Shown here one piece after another: positions 48,934 to 57,793 of a stretch of 64,000 bases of DNA. A program made the position numbers and the translations under genes. The notes beneath the pieces were generated by a model that saw only the letters and a list, made by a program, of their open reading frames with translations, had not been told where the DNA came from and did no database searches. This DNA is from Pirellulales bacterium (GTDB lineage Bacteria > Planctomycetota > Planctomycetia > Pirellulales > JAICIG01): assembly GCA_040901675.1 (NCBI GenBank), contig JBBDYJ010000032.1, positions 263,371 through 327,370 of the forward strand, written 5' to 3'. Each line of letters opens with the position of its first letter. The first letter of the stretch is position 1.

Positions 48934-51900
48934 TTAAGGCTGCCTGGTCACGAGCAGCGTTCCGTCGGCGGCAGACAGAAGCAGCCGCTCGCCCACGGCC
49001 ACCGGCCCCGCGCCCAGGGGTTGTCCTACGTCGAAGCTGCCAAGTTCCTGCCCCGTGCCGGCCGCCAGCCGGTACACAGTTCCCGAGACCGAGGCGACAA
49101 TCAGCTCGTCGCCGTCGGCCCAAGGCGTGCCGGCCAACGGGCCATGCGCTAGCGCGATCCGCCAGACCTGCTGCTGCTCGTCGAGAGAGAACAACTCCTC
49201 GCTCGCGGTAGAGACAAGCAGCCGCGAGCCGACCTTGGCCGGCCCCCAAGCCACCGGGCTGCCCAACGGCCAACTCTCTCCCGGCCTCAAATCGGGCAGC
49301 TCGAAGGCCAGCAGATAGGCGGCCGCGTTCACCACGTAGGCCGAGTCGCCCAGGGCCACCACGGGGTCCGCGACAGCCGAGTTGACTTCCGCCTGGGCGA
49401 GCGCAACCAGGTGCGGTTGAGGCTGGCGGGCGATGCCAAGCCGGTACAGTGTGGTGCGGCCGTCGGCGATCAGCAGCTCGTTTTCATTCAACACCGCGGG
49501 GGGGCTCCAATCGAACTGGACGCCCGCCTGGAGGCGCGGCTGAAATGGCTCGAGCAGTGGGTTGCCCGAGGTCGGATCGAGCACGTGGATCAGGCCTTCG
49601 CGGCCCGCAACGGCCAGGCCGTTGTGGAAGCTGGCTGCCGGCGCGGCGACGACGCCTGGCAGCATGATCGACCGCCATTGGTTCGAGCCGCGGGGGCCAG
49701 CCACCAGAGCCGACGATTGTCCGGGCTCGACCGCCGCCAGCAGGCCGCCGGGCAGGACCGTTACCGAACGGCTCGAGAGCGGCTGAGCGATGGCCGCCAC
49801 CGCCGCCGATTGTCGCGGCGCATGGCCGGTCCATTGCGGCTCCAGCTCGAACAGTCCGCCGGCGGACGTCACCAGGGTCACGTTGCCTTGGTCATCGACA
49901 ACCGGCTCGCCGGCGGGAGGCGCAGCGAGCTGGGTTTCCCAGAAGCGGCCGCCGTCGGAGGAATTGACCGCCGAAACGGCGACGCCCGGCAGGTTGCTCT
50001 TGCCGCGGACGTGAAACAGCACGTCGCCGATCAAGCGCGTCGGCTGCACAAAGGCGTCGCCCTGGTCCTTGATCCAGCGCGGATCGAGCCGGCCTCGCGC
50101 GGATTGGATGTCGTAGTGCGTCAGGTCGCCGCCGGCGATCCAGAGCTGGCCGCCGCGCAGCAACGGAAAGCGGATGCGCGGAGAGATGTCCTCGGCCGGT
50201 TTTTCCGTCGACTTGGTCAGCGGCGATCCCTGCCCCGGAGCGGAAATCTCGAACGAGTACAGCGCTCCCCGGTTCGTCGCCACGACCAGCGTGCGGTCCG
50301 CCGCCACCAGCGGAGCGAACACGTGGCCGGACAACGGAATGTCGGCCTGCACCTGCCGCAGCGACAGCCCGTTCTCGTCCGACAGCAGCACCCGCAGCAC
50401 CGAGTCGGTGGCACCGCGGTTCTCGGCGATGATCAAGTATCGGCTCACGACCAGCGGCGGCACTCGGATGCTCTCCGGCTCGTGTCCCAGGTAGAGCACT
50501 TGATGGCACTGCCCGCCGTCCATCGAGAGCACGTACAGGTTGGCGTTCTCGCCCAGTTGATAGAGAAACTGCTCGCGGGCGTCGATCACCGGCCCCACCC
50601 GCAGTCCCTGCGGAATTTGCACGAAGCCGGGCGACTCACCCGTGTCGAGCGCGATCGTGATCAAACGGCCGGCGCGGGTGGCGATGAACACCCGGTCGCG
50701 CAGCACCACCGGATGGGCGTCGAACGCCTCGCCGATCGGGTGGCGCCAGCGGGGTTCGCCCGTCCGGCCGTCGACGCGCAGCACCTCGTGCCGGGCCGCG
50801 TCCACAACCAGCGCGTCGCTGAGCGGATCGGCCGTGATGCCGCGAGGCACGAAATCGGTGTCGAAGCCCACGAACCGCCGCCACAGCAGCCGCCCGGTTG
50901 AGGCGTCCAGTCCCCAGGCCGAGCCGCCCCCCAGGGCATAGACCACTTGTCCCCCCACGCCGGGCGCCGAGCCGGGCGTGCCGGCGGCCAGCGGCGCCTC
51001 CGACTCGATGACACTCTCCGGGGCCCCCTGCTCGGCCGCCCGCCGGTCCGCCTTGTAACTGACGCCGCCCAGTTGGGCCTGGGAGACGGCGGCCACTGCT
51101 TCTTGCAGGCGCTCGCTGCTGGCCAGTTCGGGATACGCTTTCAGGAGCTGCCGCCTGAGGTCGTAGGCGGCCTGGGTGTTGCCCCGCTCGACCGCCTGCT
51201 TGATGCCGGCAATCGCTTCCTCGAGGGAGACGTCGCGGTTCAGCAGCCGCGTCGTTATGGCCAGCGAGGCCGTGACGTCCGTCATCCTCTGCGTCGGGTG
51301 CATCGAGCGGGGCACGTACTTGTCGATCATGGCCAGCGCCTCGCGCGATTGCTCGACCATGGCGGCATCACCCTGTTCGCGGGCCTGTTTGGCCAGTCCC
51401 TCGGCAATCGTGGGCAACAGCGCTGCCAGCTCCAAGCGGGCCTCGGGGAACTCCTTCTCGGTCGAGATTTCCGACACGATCTTCCTGGCGGTTTCGAGCG
51501 TCTTGGGCCAGTTGGACGCGTTCTCGACCGCCTGGCGCATCAGCGCCATGCCACGGTGCACCCGCGCCAGGCTCACGCCCACGTGCGACTCATGCCGCTG
51601 GAGGTAGTGATTGAACTTGTTGATGGCTTGCACATACGAGCCGGCCTTGTAGTCGGCCTCGGCCGCCGCCAGGGCCTGGTCTCCCGTTTCGCGATTCAGC
51701 CGCCAGACGAGAAAGGCGCCCAGGATCAGCAACAACAGCAAGGAGCCGCCGCCGATGAGCAGCAGTGGAGAATCCCAGACGCTGCGTTCGGCCGGAGGCG
51801 GCCGCCTCCCGTCGGCTTCGTCGGCCAGCACGGCGTCGTACAAGGCCCCCTCGCCAAACAGCTCGTCGAGCCGAGGAGCCGCCGCCGGCCTGGCAGCGGG

Positions 51901-52356
51901 CGCACGCGAGGGTTGAGGCGCGGGGGGTGGGGCCGCGGCCGGCCGGGGAGTGCCCAGCCAGCGCGCGCCTCCGCCGGGCTGGACGGGGCGCTCGGTGGGA
52001 GCGGCCCGAGGCGCCGGCGGCGGCGAGGAAAATATCTCCAGCTCCTCGTCGGACGGCGCGGGCTTCGGCCTGGGCCGGGTGCCGGCCCGTTCGTCGTCCA
52101 GGGGCAGCAGTTCCAACTCGTCGTCATCGTCGAGCGGTGCTGTGCGTGTGTCGGCCTGGCTGGGCGGCTGCAGCAGCAGCAGCCGCTGGCCCTGCGCCAA
52201 GGTGATGTGTTCCTTGGCCACCAGCCATTTGACGGCCGTGCGCACGTCGGCCTCATGCTTCGACTTTTCCAGCCGCTGCTTCAGTTCCGACACCACGTCG
52301 GACGAAACGAGGTTGCTGCGCTCGATGACCGCCAGAACGCTTTCGATGGTTGCCAT
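48934..52356 (-). CDS. Bitopic protein: cytoplasmic N-domain, TM helix, TPR region and PQQ/BamB-like beta-propellers
   Basis: Single TM (LLIGGGSLLLLLILGAFLVW); repeats such as GLDASTGRLLW, VDGRTGEPRW and VNSSDGGRFW. Confidence 0.8.
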   Translation of the reverse strand: MATIESVLAVIERSNLVSSDVVSELKQRLEKSKHEADVRTAVKWLVAKEHITLAQGQRLLLLQPPSQADTRTAPLDDDDELELLPLDDERAGTRPRPKPAPSDEELEIFSSPPPAPRAAPTERPVQPGGGARWLGTPRPAAAPPPAPQPSRAPAARPAAAPRLDELFGEGALYDAVLADEADGRRPPPAERSVWDSPLLLIGGGSLLLLLILGAFLVWRLNRETGDQALAAAEADYKAGSYVQAINKFNHYLQRHESHVGVSLARVHRGMALMRQAVENASNWPKTLETARKIVSEISTEKEFPEARLELAALLPTIAEGLAKQAREQGDAAMVEQSREALAMIDKYVPRSMHPTQRMTDVTASLAITTRLLNRDVSLEEAIAGIKQAVERGNTQAAYDLRRQLLKAYPELASSERLQEAVAAVSQAQLGGVSYKADRRAAEQGAPESVIESEAPLAAGTPGSAPGVGGQVVYALGGGSAWGLDASTGRLLWRRFVGFDTDFVPRGITADPLSDALVVDAARHEVLRVDGRTGEPRWRHPIGEAFDAHPVVLRDRVFIATRAGRLITIALDTGESPGFVQIPQGLRVGPVIDAREQFLYQLGENANLYVLSMDGGQCHQVLYLGHEPESIRVPPLVVSRYLIIAENRGATDSVLRVLLSDENGLSLRQVQADIPLSGHVFAPLVAADRTLVVATNRGALYSFEISAPGQGSPLTKSTEKPAEDISPRIRFPLLRGGQLWIAGGDLTHYDIQSARGRLDPRWIKDQGDAFVQPTRLIGDVLFHVRGKSNLPGVAVSAVNSSDGGRFWETQLAAPPAGEPVVDDQGNVTLVTSAGGLFELEPQWTGHAPRQSAAVAAIAQPLSSRSVTVLPGGLLAAVEPGQSSALVAGPRGSNQWRSIMLPGVVAAPAASFHNGLAVAGREGLIHVLDPTSGNPLLEPFQPRLQAGVQFDWSPPAVLNENELLIADGRTTLYRLGIARQPQPHLVALAQAEVNSAVADPVVALGDSAYVVNAAAYLLAFELPDLRPGESWPLGSPVAWGPAKVGSRLLVSTASEELFSLDEQQQVWRIALAHGPLAGTPWADGDELIVASVSGTVYRLAAGTGQELGSFDVGQPLGAGPVAVGERLLLSAADGTLLVTRQP

Positions 52357-52420
52357 GAATCAGGTGCTTCGATGCTGGGGTTTGCAGCTTGCGGATCTTG
52401 CCACGGCGGCCGGCGTCACG

Positions 52421-53071
52421 TCACAGTTCGTCGTCGGCGTTGGCCAGGCGCACTTCTTCCATGCCGGCCACGGTGCCGGCGTCCAGCGCCATCACTACTT
52501 TCTCGTGCCGCGCGTCGCCGCTGGCCATGACCAGCAGCTTGCTGGGCCCCGGCGACGTGCTGCCGGGGCTGCCTTTGCGGGCTTCGCGGAGCCGCGACAG
52601 CAGTTCCTGCTCGCTGGGCGCTTCGGAGCCGTTGACCCATACCGTGTTGTCCTTGTCGATCTGCACGATCACGTAGTCGTCGTCCTGCTCGATCTCGTTG
52701 AGCGTGCGGCTTTGCGCGGCGCCCTCGGTGACGTCCGGAGCAGGTATCTCCAGCGACTTCTGCAAGGCAAAGGCGGCCGTGACCATGAAAAAAATCAGAA
52801 GCAGAAACACGACGTCGACCATCGGCGTCATGTCGAGCCCGTCGTCCTCGATCTGCTTCTTTCGCAGCGAGATCTGGTCGCCGCCGGCATCGGCCGGCAC
52901 GGCCGCCATCGATGCCACGCTGCTCACGCCCGGCCCGGGCGCGGCGGCCGCTACCGGCGCCGGAACCACCTGCACCGCCTGGCAGCCGTTGCAACGCACC
53001 AGCTTGCCGGCATATTCGTCCGGGGCCTTGAGAGGCTTGTTGCACTGCGGGCAGATAAAGTGAATCGGCAT
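52421..53071 (-). CDS. exbD: ExbD/TolR family protein with an N-terminal zinc ribbon
   Basis: CPQC...CNGC; LDMTPMVDVVFLLLIFFMV with the conserved TM Asp. Confidence 0.88.
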   Translation of the reverse strand: MPIHFICPQCNKPLKAPDEYAGKLVRCNGCQAVQVVPAPVAAAAPGPGVSSVASMAAVPADAGGDQISLRKKQIEDDGLDMTPMVDVVFLLLIFFMVTAAFALQKSLEIPAPDVTEGAAQSRTLNEIEQDDDYVIVQIDKDNTVWVNGSEAPSEQELLSRLREARKGSPGSTSPGPSKLLVMASGDARHEKVVMALDAGTVAGMEEVRLANADDEL

Positions 53072-53074
53072 CGT

Positions 53075-53566
53075 CTAGTCCACTTCCATCACGGCCAGGT
53101 TCAAACTCATGCCCTGCACCGAGCCGGCCGCTGCCGCCACACGCGCCACGTCGCGGTGCAGTACACCTTTCTCGGCCTTGATCAGCACCGCGTCCTTCCC
53201 TTCGGCAAAGGCCTCCTCGGCCGCCTCGCGCAAGCGGGCCTCCTGTTGCGCCGAATCGCCTTCCAGCGGCTGGCCGACCTTGCCGTCGGCCAGGTAGATC
53301 AAGGCAGGGCCGGCGCCGCCGCTATCGGCCAACGAGATAATCAGCGACGTTTGCACGCGGACCCCCACGCCGGTCCGCGCCGGGGCCAGGTCCAGCGCGG
53401 TCTGGGCATCGGGCGTCGACGTGACCGTGAAGAAAACGAGCAGCAGGAATACGCAATCGATCATGGGCGTGATGTCCATCTCGGTATCCGCCTTGAGCCT
53501 CTTGCGAGGGATCAAGGACCATCCCGCGTCGTGCGCGGCCGGTTGCTGTATGCTGGCCGTGGCCAT
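53075..53566 (-). CDS. exbD: ExbD/TolR family protein
   Basis: MDITPMIDCVFLLLVFF and VLIKAEKGV motifs. Confidence 0.9.
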   Translation of the reverse strand: MATASIQQPAAHDAGWSLIPRKRLKADTEMDITPMIDCVFLLLVFFTVTSTPDAQTALDLAPARTGVGVRVQTSLIISLADSGGAGPALIYLADGKVGQPLEGDSAQQEARLREAAEEAFAEGKDAVLIKAEKGVLHRDVARVAAAAGSVQGMSLNLAVMEVD

Positions 53567-53569
53567 GGA

Positions 53570-54226
53570 CTAACGGACCCCCTCGGCAGCCGGCTCCAGT
53601 GCCATCTTGAACGTCTCCATGAAGCGGTTGATCCCGTCGGTGGCCAGGTCTTCCATCTTGCGCATGCGGATCTGCACGCTGGCCACGCACAAGCTGAGCG
53701 GAATGGCGATGGACAGGCCCACAAAGGTGGTCATCAGGGCCAGCGAAATGTCGCCCGCCAGGTGCGTGGCGTCGACCTTTTGCTGGCCGGCCAGCTTGCC
53801 GAAGGCGGCCATCATGCCCAGCACCGTGCCCAGCAAACCGAGCATCGGAGCGCTCTTGATCACCGTGAAGACCCACGTCAGGCGGTATTCCAGGTCCGAG
53901 AGCACGTCGCGCTGGAAGCGGTCGGACAGCAGTTGCCGCACCTTGGCGAAGCCCAGGTCGCGGTTGGCCAGGGCCAGCAGCATCAACTGCGGCACAATAC
54001 GCCGGTCGCCTTCGCACAGCTCGGAGGCGGCGTCGAAGTCGCCAACGGCCAGGTTGTCTTCCACCTGGGAGATGAACTCGTTCTGGGCCTCTTCACTTCG
54101 AAAGCGAATCTGCGCCAGCCGCCGCCAGACCACAATGATGCAGAAGGCGCCCCACAGCGCGTCGAACGCCTGAAGAACATAAATACTGTTGCCGGCAAAT
54201 TGGGCGAGTCCCGACAAGTCGCTCAT
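53570..54226 (-). CDS. exbB: MotA/TolQ/ExbB proton channel protein
   Basis: SAPMLGLLGTVLGMMAAF and ISLALMTTFVGLSIAIP motifs. Confidence 0.92.
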   Translation of the reverse strand: MSDLSGLAQFAGNSIYVLQAFDALWGAFCIIVVWRRLAQIRFRSEEAQNEFISQVEDNLAVGDFDAASELCEGDRRIVPQLMLLALANRDLGFAKVRQLLSDRFQRDVLSDLEYRLTWVFTVIKSAPMLGLLGTVLGMMAAFGKLAGQQKVDATHLAGDISLALMTTFVGLSIAIPLSLCVASVQIRMRKMEDLATDGINRFMETFKMALEPAAEGVR

Positions 54227-54239
54227 ACGGTTGGTCTCT

Positions 54240-55145
54240 TTACAGGTAAGCCTGGTCGATCACGTAGAATTCAAAGCCACTAGCCGCCTGGCGAATGCCG
54301 AAACGTGTCTTGCGAATCTCCGAGGCGTCGCGGCCCCGGAAGCTCCGCTCCAACTGCAACAGCATCTGCTCAACGTGGTCCGGGTAGAACTGCAGGATCA
54401 CTTTGCCGCCGGCGGCAACCCCGGCCCGCGTCAACAGCTCGCGGTCGGCCTCTTTCAGCTCGCCTTGCCGCCACGACATGTAGAGCCGCCGCTCCTCGGT
54501 GCGGGGACCGCTGCGCCGGTCCGGCGTCGGCTGGGCCACGTTGTAGGCGTACAACACCTCGTTGGCCCCGCCCAGAACCCCCAATTCGATGCCGAAGTGC
54601 TGCAGGATCCGCGCATAACCTTCCAACGTGGTCCCCTGGTCGAAGTGCACTTCCCAACGCATGTGCGGAGGAACGCCCGGAGGGCCCTCGCCGGCTCCAA
54701 ACCCCGGCTGGTCGCCCGCTCCCTCTTGCCGGCCCCCGCCCTGGAACTCCTCTAGCTGTTCGGTCAGGGCCGGATCGTCCAGGTCGGCCTGCCGCGTGGC
54801 CACGGCATCGATCACGGCCGCCAACGCTTCCTGGAATTGCGGCTCGACCAGGTCGCTCTCCTGGGCAATGTCCTGCGGCGAGGGCGAGTCCAACTGCATG
54901 CTCTCCCCCACCACTCCGCTCTCCATGCCGCCGCTCACCTGTTCCAGCCGTACCGGAATCGACTTGAACGGAGGAAAAAACATCTTGATGCTCAGCCAGG
55001 CGATCAGAAGACAGAACACCACCACGCCGATCAGGATCAGCAAGGCCAACAGCATGCTGGCCACGTTCTCATAGGGCGACACCTTGAGCGGCAAGGGACT
55101 TGCCGCCCGCGGCCTGCCACTGGGTAATCCGGCTACCGTCGTCAC
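54240..55145 (-). CDS. Single-TM hypothetical protein with an acidic/Gly-rich linker (TonB/TolA-like topology)
   Basis: GTG start after an AGGA Shine-Dalgarno; one TM helix, a disordered linker, then a globular C-terminus; directly upstream of exbB. Confidence 0.65.
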   Translation of the reverse strand: MTTVAGLPSGRPRAASPLPLKVSPYENVASMLLALLILIGVVVFCLLIAWLSIKMFFPPFKSIPVRLEQVSGGMESGVVGESMQLDSPSPQDIAQESDLVEPQFQEALAAVIDAVATRQADLDDPALTEQLEEFQGGGRQEGAGDQPGFGAGEGPPGVPPHMRWEVHFDQGTTLEGYARILQHFGIELGVLGGANEVLYAYNVAQPTPDRRSGPRTEERRLYMSWRQGELKEADRELLTRAGVAAGGKVILQFYPDHVEQMLLQLERSFRGRDASEIRKTRFGIRQAASGFEFYVIDQAYL

Positions 55146-55150
55146 GGGTC

Positions 55151-56851
55151 CTACTCTTGCGGGTCTGCCACCGGGCGAATGGACCGATACCAGGATTCCC
55201 AATGATCGACCGCGCGAATCCGCTCGGCCTGGTCCGGCTGCCGCGGGGCGGAGCCGCCGATGAACTTTCGGCTGATGAACCTCAGGCCATCGAAGGCGGC
55301 CCGAAAGACTTCGGCATCGGGATCATCCAGGGCCTCGATCAACAAGGGCACTTCATCCAGGTTGCGGGTGCGGGCCAAGGCGCGCAGCGCCGCCGCCCGC
55401 GCCGCGGGCGAGTCGCCGCCGGCCAGCTCCCGAAGCCGTTGGGCGTTCTGGCTCAGGATCTCACGCTGGCCCTCGGCCGTCAGCTCTTCCAGCGCGGCCA
55501 GAGCCGACTGGAACTCGGGGCCGTCGGGATCCTTCATCTTCAGCAATGTGTCCTCCGCCGGACCCGAAAGCGGCTTGGCCACCACGCTTCCCAAGCGCAT
55601 TTGAATGCTGTCGCCGGCCGGCAGGCCGCGGCCGCCGGCCAGCGTGCCGGATCCAAACGTGTTGGCCCGCTGGATGCCGGTCTGCGTGGACCGCAGCAGG
55701 AAGAGGATGCCGAAGGCGGTGTCGGCCACGATGTGGCTTTCGGGGGGACTCTCCCAGCTTCCGTCCTGGTTTTGCGTCTCGCTGAGGACCTTGAAGCCCT
55801 CATCGTACCAGTTGCCGCTGGGCTGATTGCCCGGCGCCGTGTCGCGGAAGCTGTAGTACCGCTCCAGGGCGTACATGTAATAGTGGGCCCACTGGTCGGG
55901 CTTGAGCGTGAAGTTGGCCTGGAGATACTTATCGCCGCGCGCTTGGGCCTGTGCCAGGCGGCCTTCGTCCACCGTGTGCCGCCGCTTGACGGCGTCGCTG
56001 TCGCCCACGGGCTTCAACTTGCCGGGCAACTGGTCGAGTCCTTCCCGCGCGTTGTTGGCCCGCAGGTGGTCGGCGCAGATGTACAGCGTGCTGAGACCCG
56101 CCGCCGACAGGCTCAGCCTGGTCTGGGTCTGCCGCACCAGCTCGAAACTCCCCGGATCGTTTCCTTGATACCCGTGGGCGCCGCTGGGATCCTGGGTGCG
56201 CATCAGCCAGTTGGTCGCCCGCTCCCAGGTGCTCAAGGGGGTCGCGATGCCCGACTGCTCGGCGGCCCACAAGCCGAGCACGCCGTATTGCGTCTGCGAT
56301 GTGTCGCCGGTCTTGCCATCCTTGTGCTCGGGCGGATAACCCCATCCACCGTTCGGCTTCTGCAGCGCCAGCAGGTGGTCGGTGAGCCTCTGCATCTCCT
56401 CGCGGTACTGAAGCGGGTCGAGCTCGAAGAAGAAAATCAGGGAGACCCCCGTGCTATAGACGTCCATCCGTACCGGGTTGCCCGTTCCTTCGGGGATCGA
56501 GTTCTGGATGGCGGCGACCGCTTCCAACACCCGGGGATGGTTCTTGCCGTCGTTGGGATCCTTGCCCTTGTAATACTTGAGCATGCACAACCCAATCAGC
56601 GCCTTGGCGCCCGGAGGGGTGTTGAACTGCTTGTACATGTGCCCAGGCGGGAGCGGCTTTTCGAAGAACGCGACCGCCCTGGCTACCAACTGCTGCACCT
56701 CGGGACTCTCGGGCGTCAGCGCTCGGGCAGGGGCCGGCACGAATTGCGACAGCGCCAGTCCCGCCAGCGCAAGCAGGCCAACTTCAGCGCGCAAGCCGCC
56801 AGGCAGCCAACGATGGCATCGACTGCGGTGAATACTCGCTGGGCAATTCAT
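55151..56851 (-). CDS. Exported prenyltransferase/squalene-cyclase-like alpha/alpha-barrel protein with C-terminal HEAT repeats
   Basis: QW-like repeats LQKPNGGWGY, TQDPSGAHGY and TQNQDGSW; GDTSQTQYGVLGLW; YYMYALERY; PLLIEALDDPDAEV; start uncertain. Confidence 0.78.
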   Translation of the reverse strand: MNCPASIHRSRCHRWLPGGLRAEVGLLALAGLALSQFVPAPARALTPESPEVQQLVARAVAFFEKPLPPGHMYKQFNTPPGAKALIGLCMLKYYKGKDPNDGKNHPRVLEAVAAIQNSIPEGTGNPVRMDVYSTGVSLIFFFELDPLQYREEMQRLTDHLLALQKPNGGWGYPPEHKDGKTGDTSQTQYGVLGLWAAEQSGIATPLSTWERATNWLMRTQDPSGAHGYQGNDPGSFELVRQTQTRLSLSAAGLSTLYICADHLRANNAREGLDQLPGKLKPVGDSDAVKRRHTVDEGRLAQAQARGDKYLQANFTLKPDQWAHYYMYALERYYSFRDTAPGNQPSGNWYDEGFKVLSETQNQDGSWESPPESHIVADTAFGILFLLRSTQTGIQRANTFGSGTLAGGRGLPAGDSIQMRLGSVVAKPLSGPAEDTLLKMKDPDGPEFQSALAALEELTAEGQREILSQNAQRLRELAGGDSPAARAAALRALARTRNLDEVPLLIEALDDPDAEVFRAAFDGLRFISRKFIGGSAPRQPDQAERIRAVDHWESWYRSIRPVADPQE

Positions 56852-57089
56852 CCAGGGATCCTCGACTGCCAGCGACTGCGACCGGACCCCGGACGGGCGC
56901 GGATCCACAGCCTGGGCCCTGTCCCATTTCCACGACTTGCCGGATGGAATGCGTCCGCCGCTGACAAAGGACAGCCGCCCCGTTGCGCTTTGTTGATCGT
57001 AATCCCGCCCGGCGGGAGTGTCAAGTTGCGGCCAACGGCACAAGTGTTTGATATGTCGGAGTTTGCCGCTTCGCACGGGCCCCGCGACT

Positions 57090-57566
57090 TCACCTCTTGC
57101 CCGGCGCTTTGCCGACGATCCGACGCTCGAACCGCCGCAGCACCACCAGGATGATCCACGACAGGATCGTGGACGTCACCGCGGGCCCGATCCAACCGGC
57201 ACCCACCGAGAAGCCGATGGCCGCCGTCAGCCAGATGCTGGCGGCCGTAGTCAATCCTTTGATCTCCCCCTGGTCGGTCATTTTCAAGATGGCGCCGGCG
57301 CCGAGGAACCCGACCCCTGCCGCTACGCCTTTGACGATCTCCGCCAGGTTTGCCTTTCCGGCCGCGGCTTCGACGGGCACCAGCGTGAACAGCGCCGCCC
57401 CCAGCGCCACCATCATATGGGTCCGCAGTCCGGCCTGATGTCCATGGGCTTCGCGGTCGAAGCCGAGCACGCCGGCCAATACGACCGCCACGATCAGCCG
57501 CAGTGCAACCCGCAGCATCTGCGCGTTTTCCGGATCGGAGGTCCATTCGGTCCAGAATCCGTCCAT
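57090..57566 (-). CDS. MgtC/SapB family membrane protein
   Basis: GFDRE, AGLRTHMMV, GVGFLGAGAI and GLTTAASIW motifs. Confidence 0.92.
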   Translation of the reverse strand: MDGFWTEWTSDPENAQMLRVALRLIVAVVLAGVLGFDREAHGHQAGLRTHMMVALGAALFTLVPVEAAAGKANLAEIVKGVAAGVGFLGAGAILKMTDQGEIKGLTTAASIWLTAAIGFSVGAGWIGPAVTSTILSWIILVVLRRFERRIVGKAPGKR

Positions 57567-57793
57567 TGGGCAACCTGCTGCTGAGAGGGTCGGGTGAGGC
57601 GAGGCTTGCGAAAAGCCAGCTTATCCGCGGCAGGCACCGCTTGCCAACGTTGCGGACCCTGATCGGATTGAGATAAACTCGGCCAAAACCTATTATCGCT
57701 GCTCCCGGCGTCAGGGGCCCAGCCAGTCCACTTTTTTCGTCTCTGGCCGCGTCTCCGGCTCCCGATTTGCAGTCGAGCCGAGCGGTGAACCAA

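Noticed and set aside
55151..56851. Squalene-hopene cyclase
   Set aside because: Has QW-like repeats but no DxDD motif, appears single-barrel sized, and carries a signal-peptide-like segment and a HEAT tail
31225..57154. Other long opposite-strand ORFs (31225..33498, 51950..54283, 55100..57154)
   Set aside because: They overlap well-supported minus-strand genes and lack motifs
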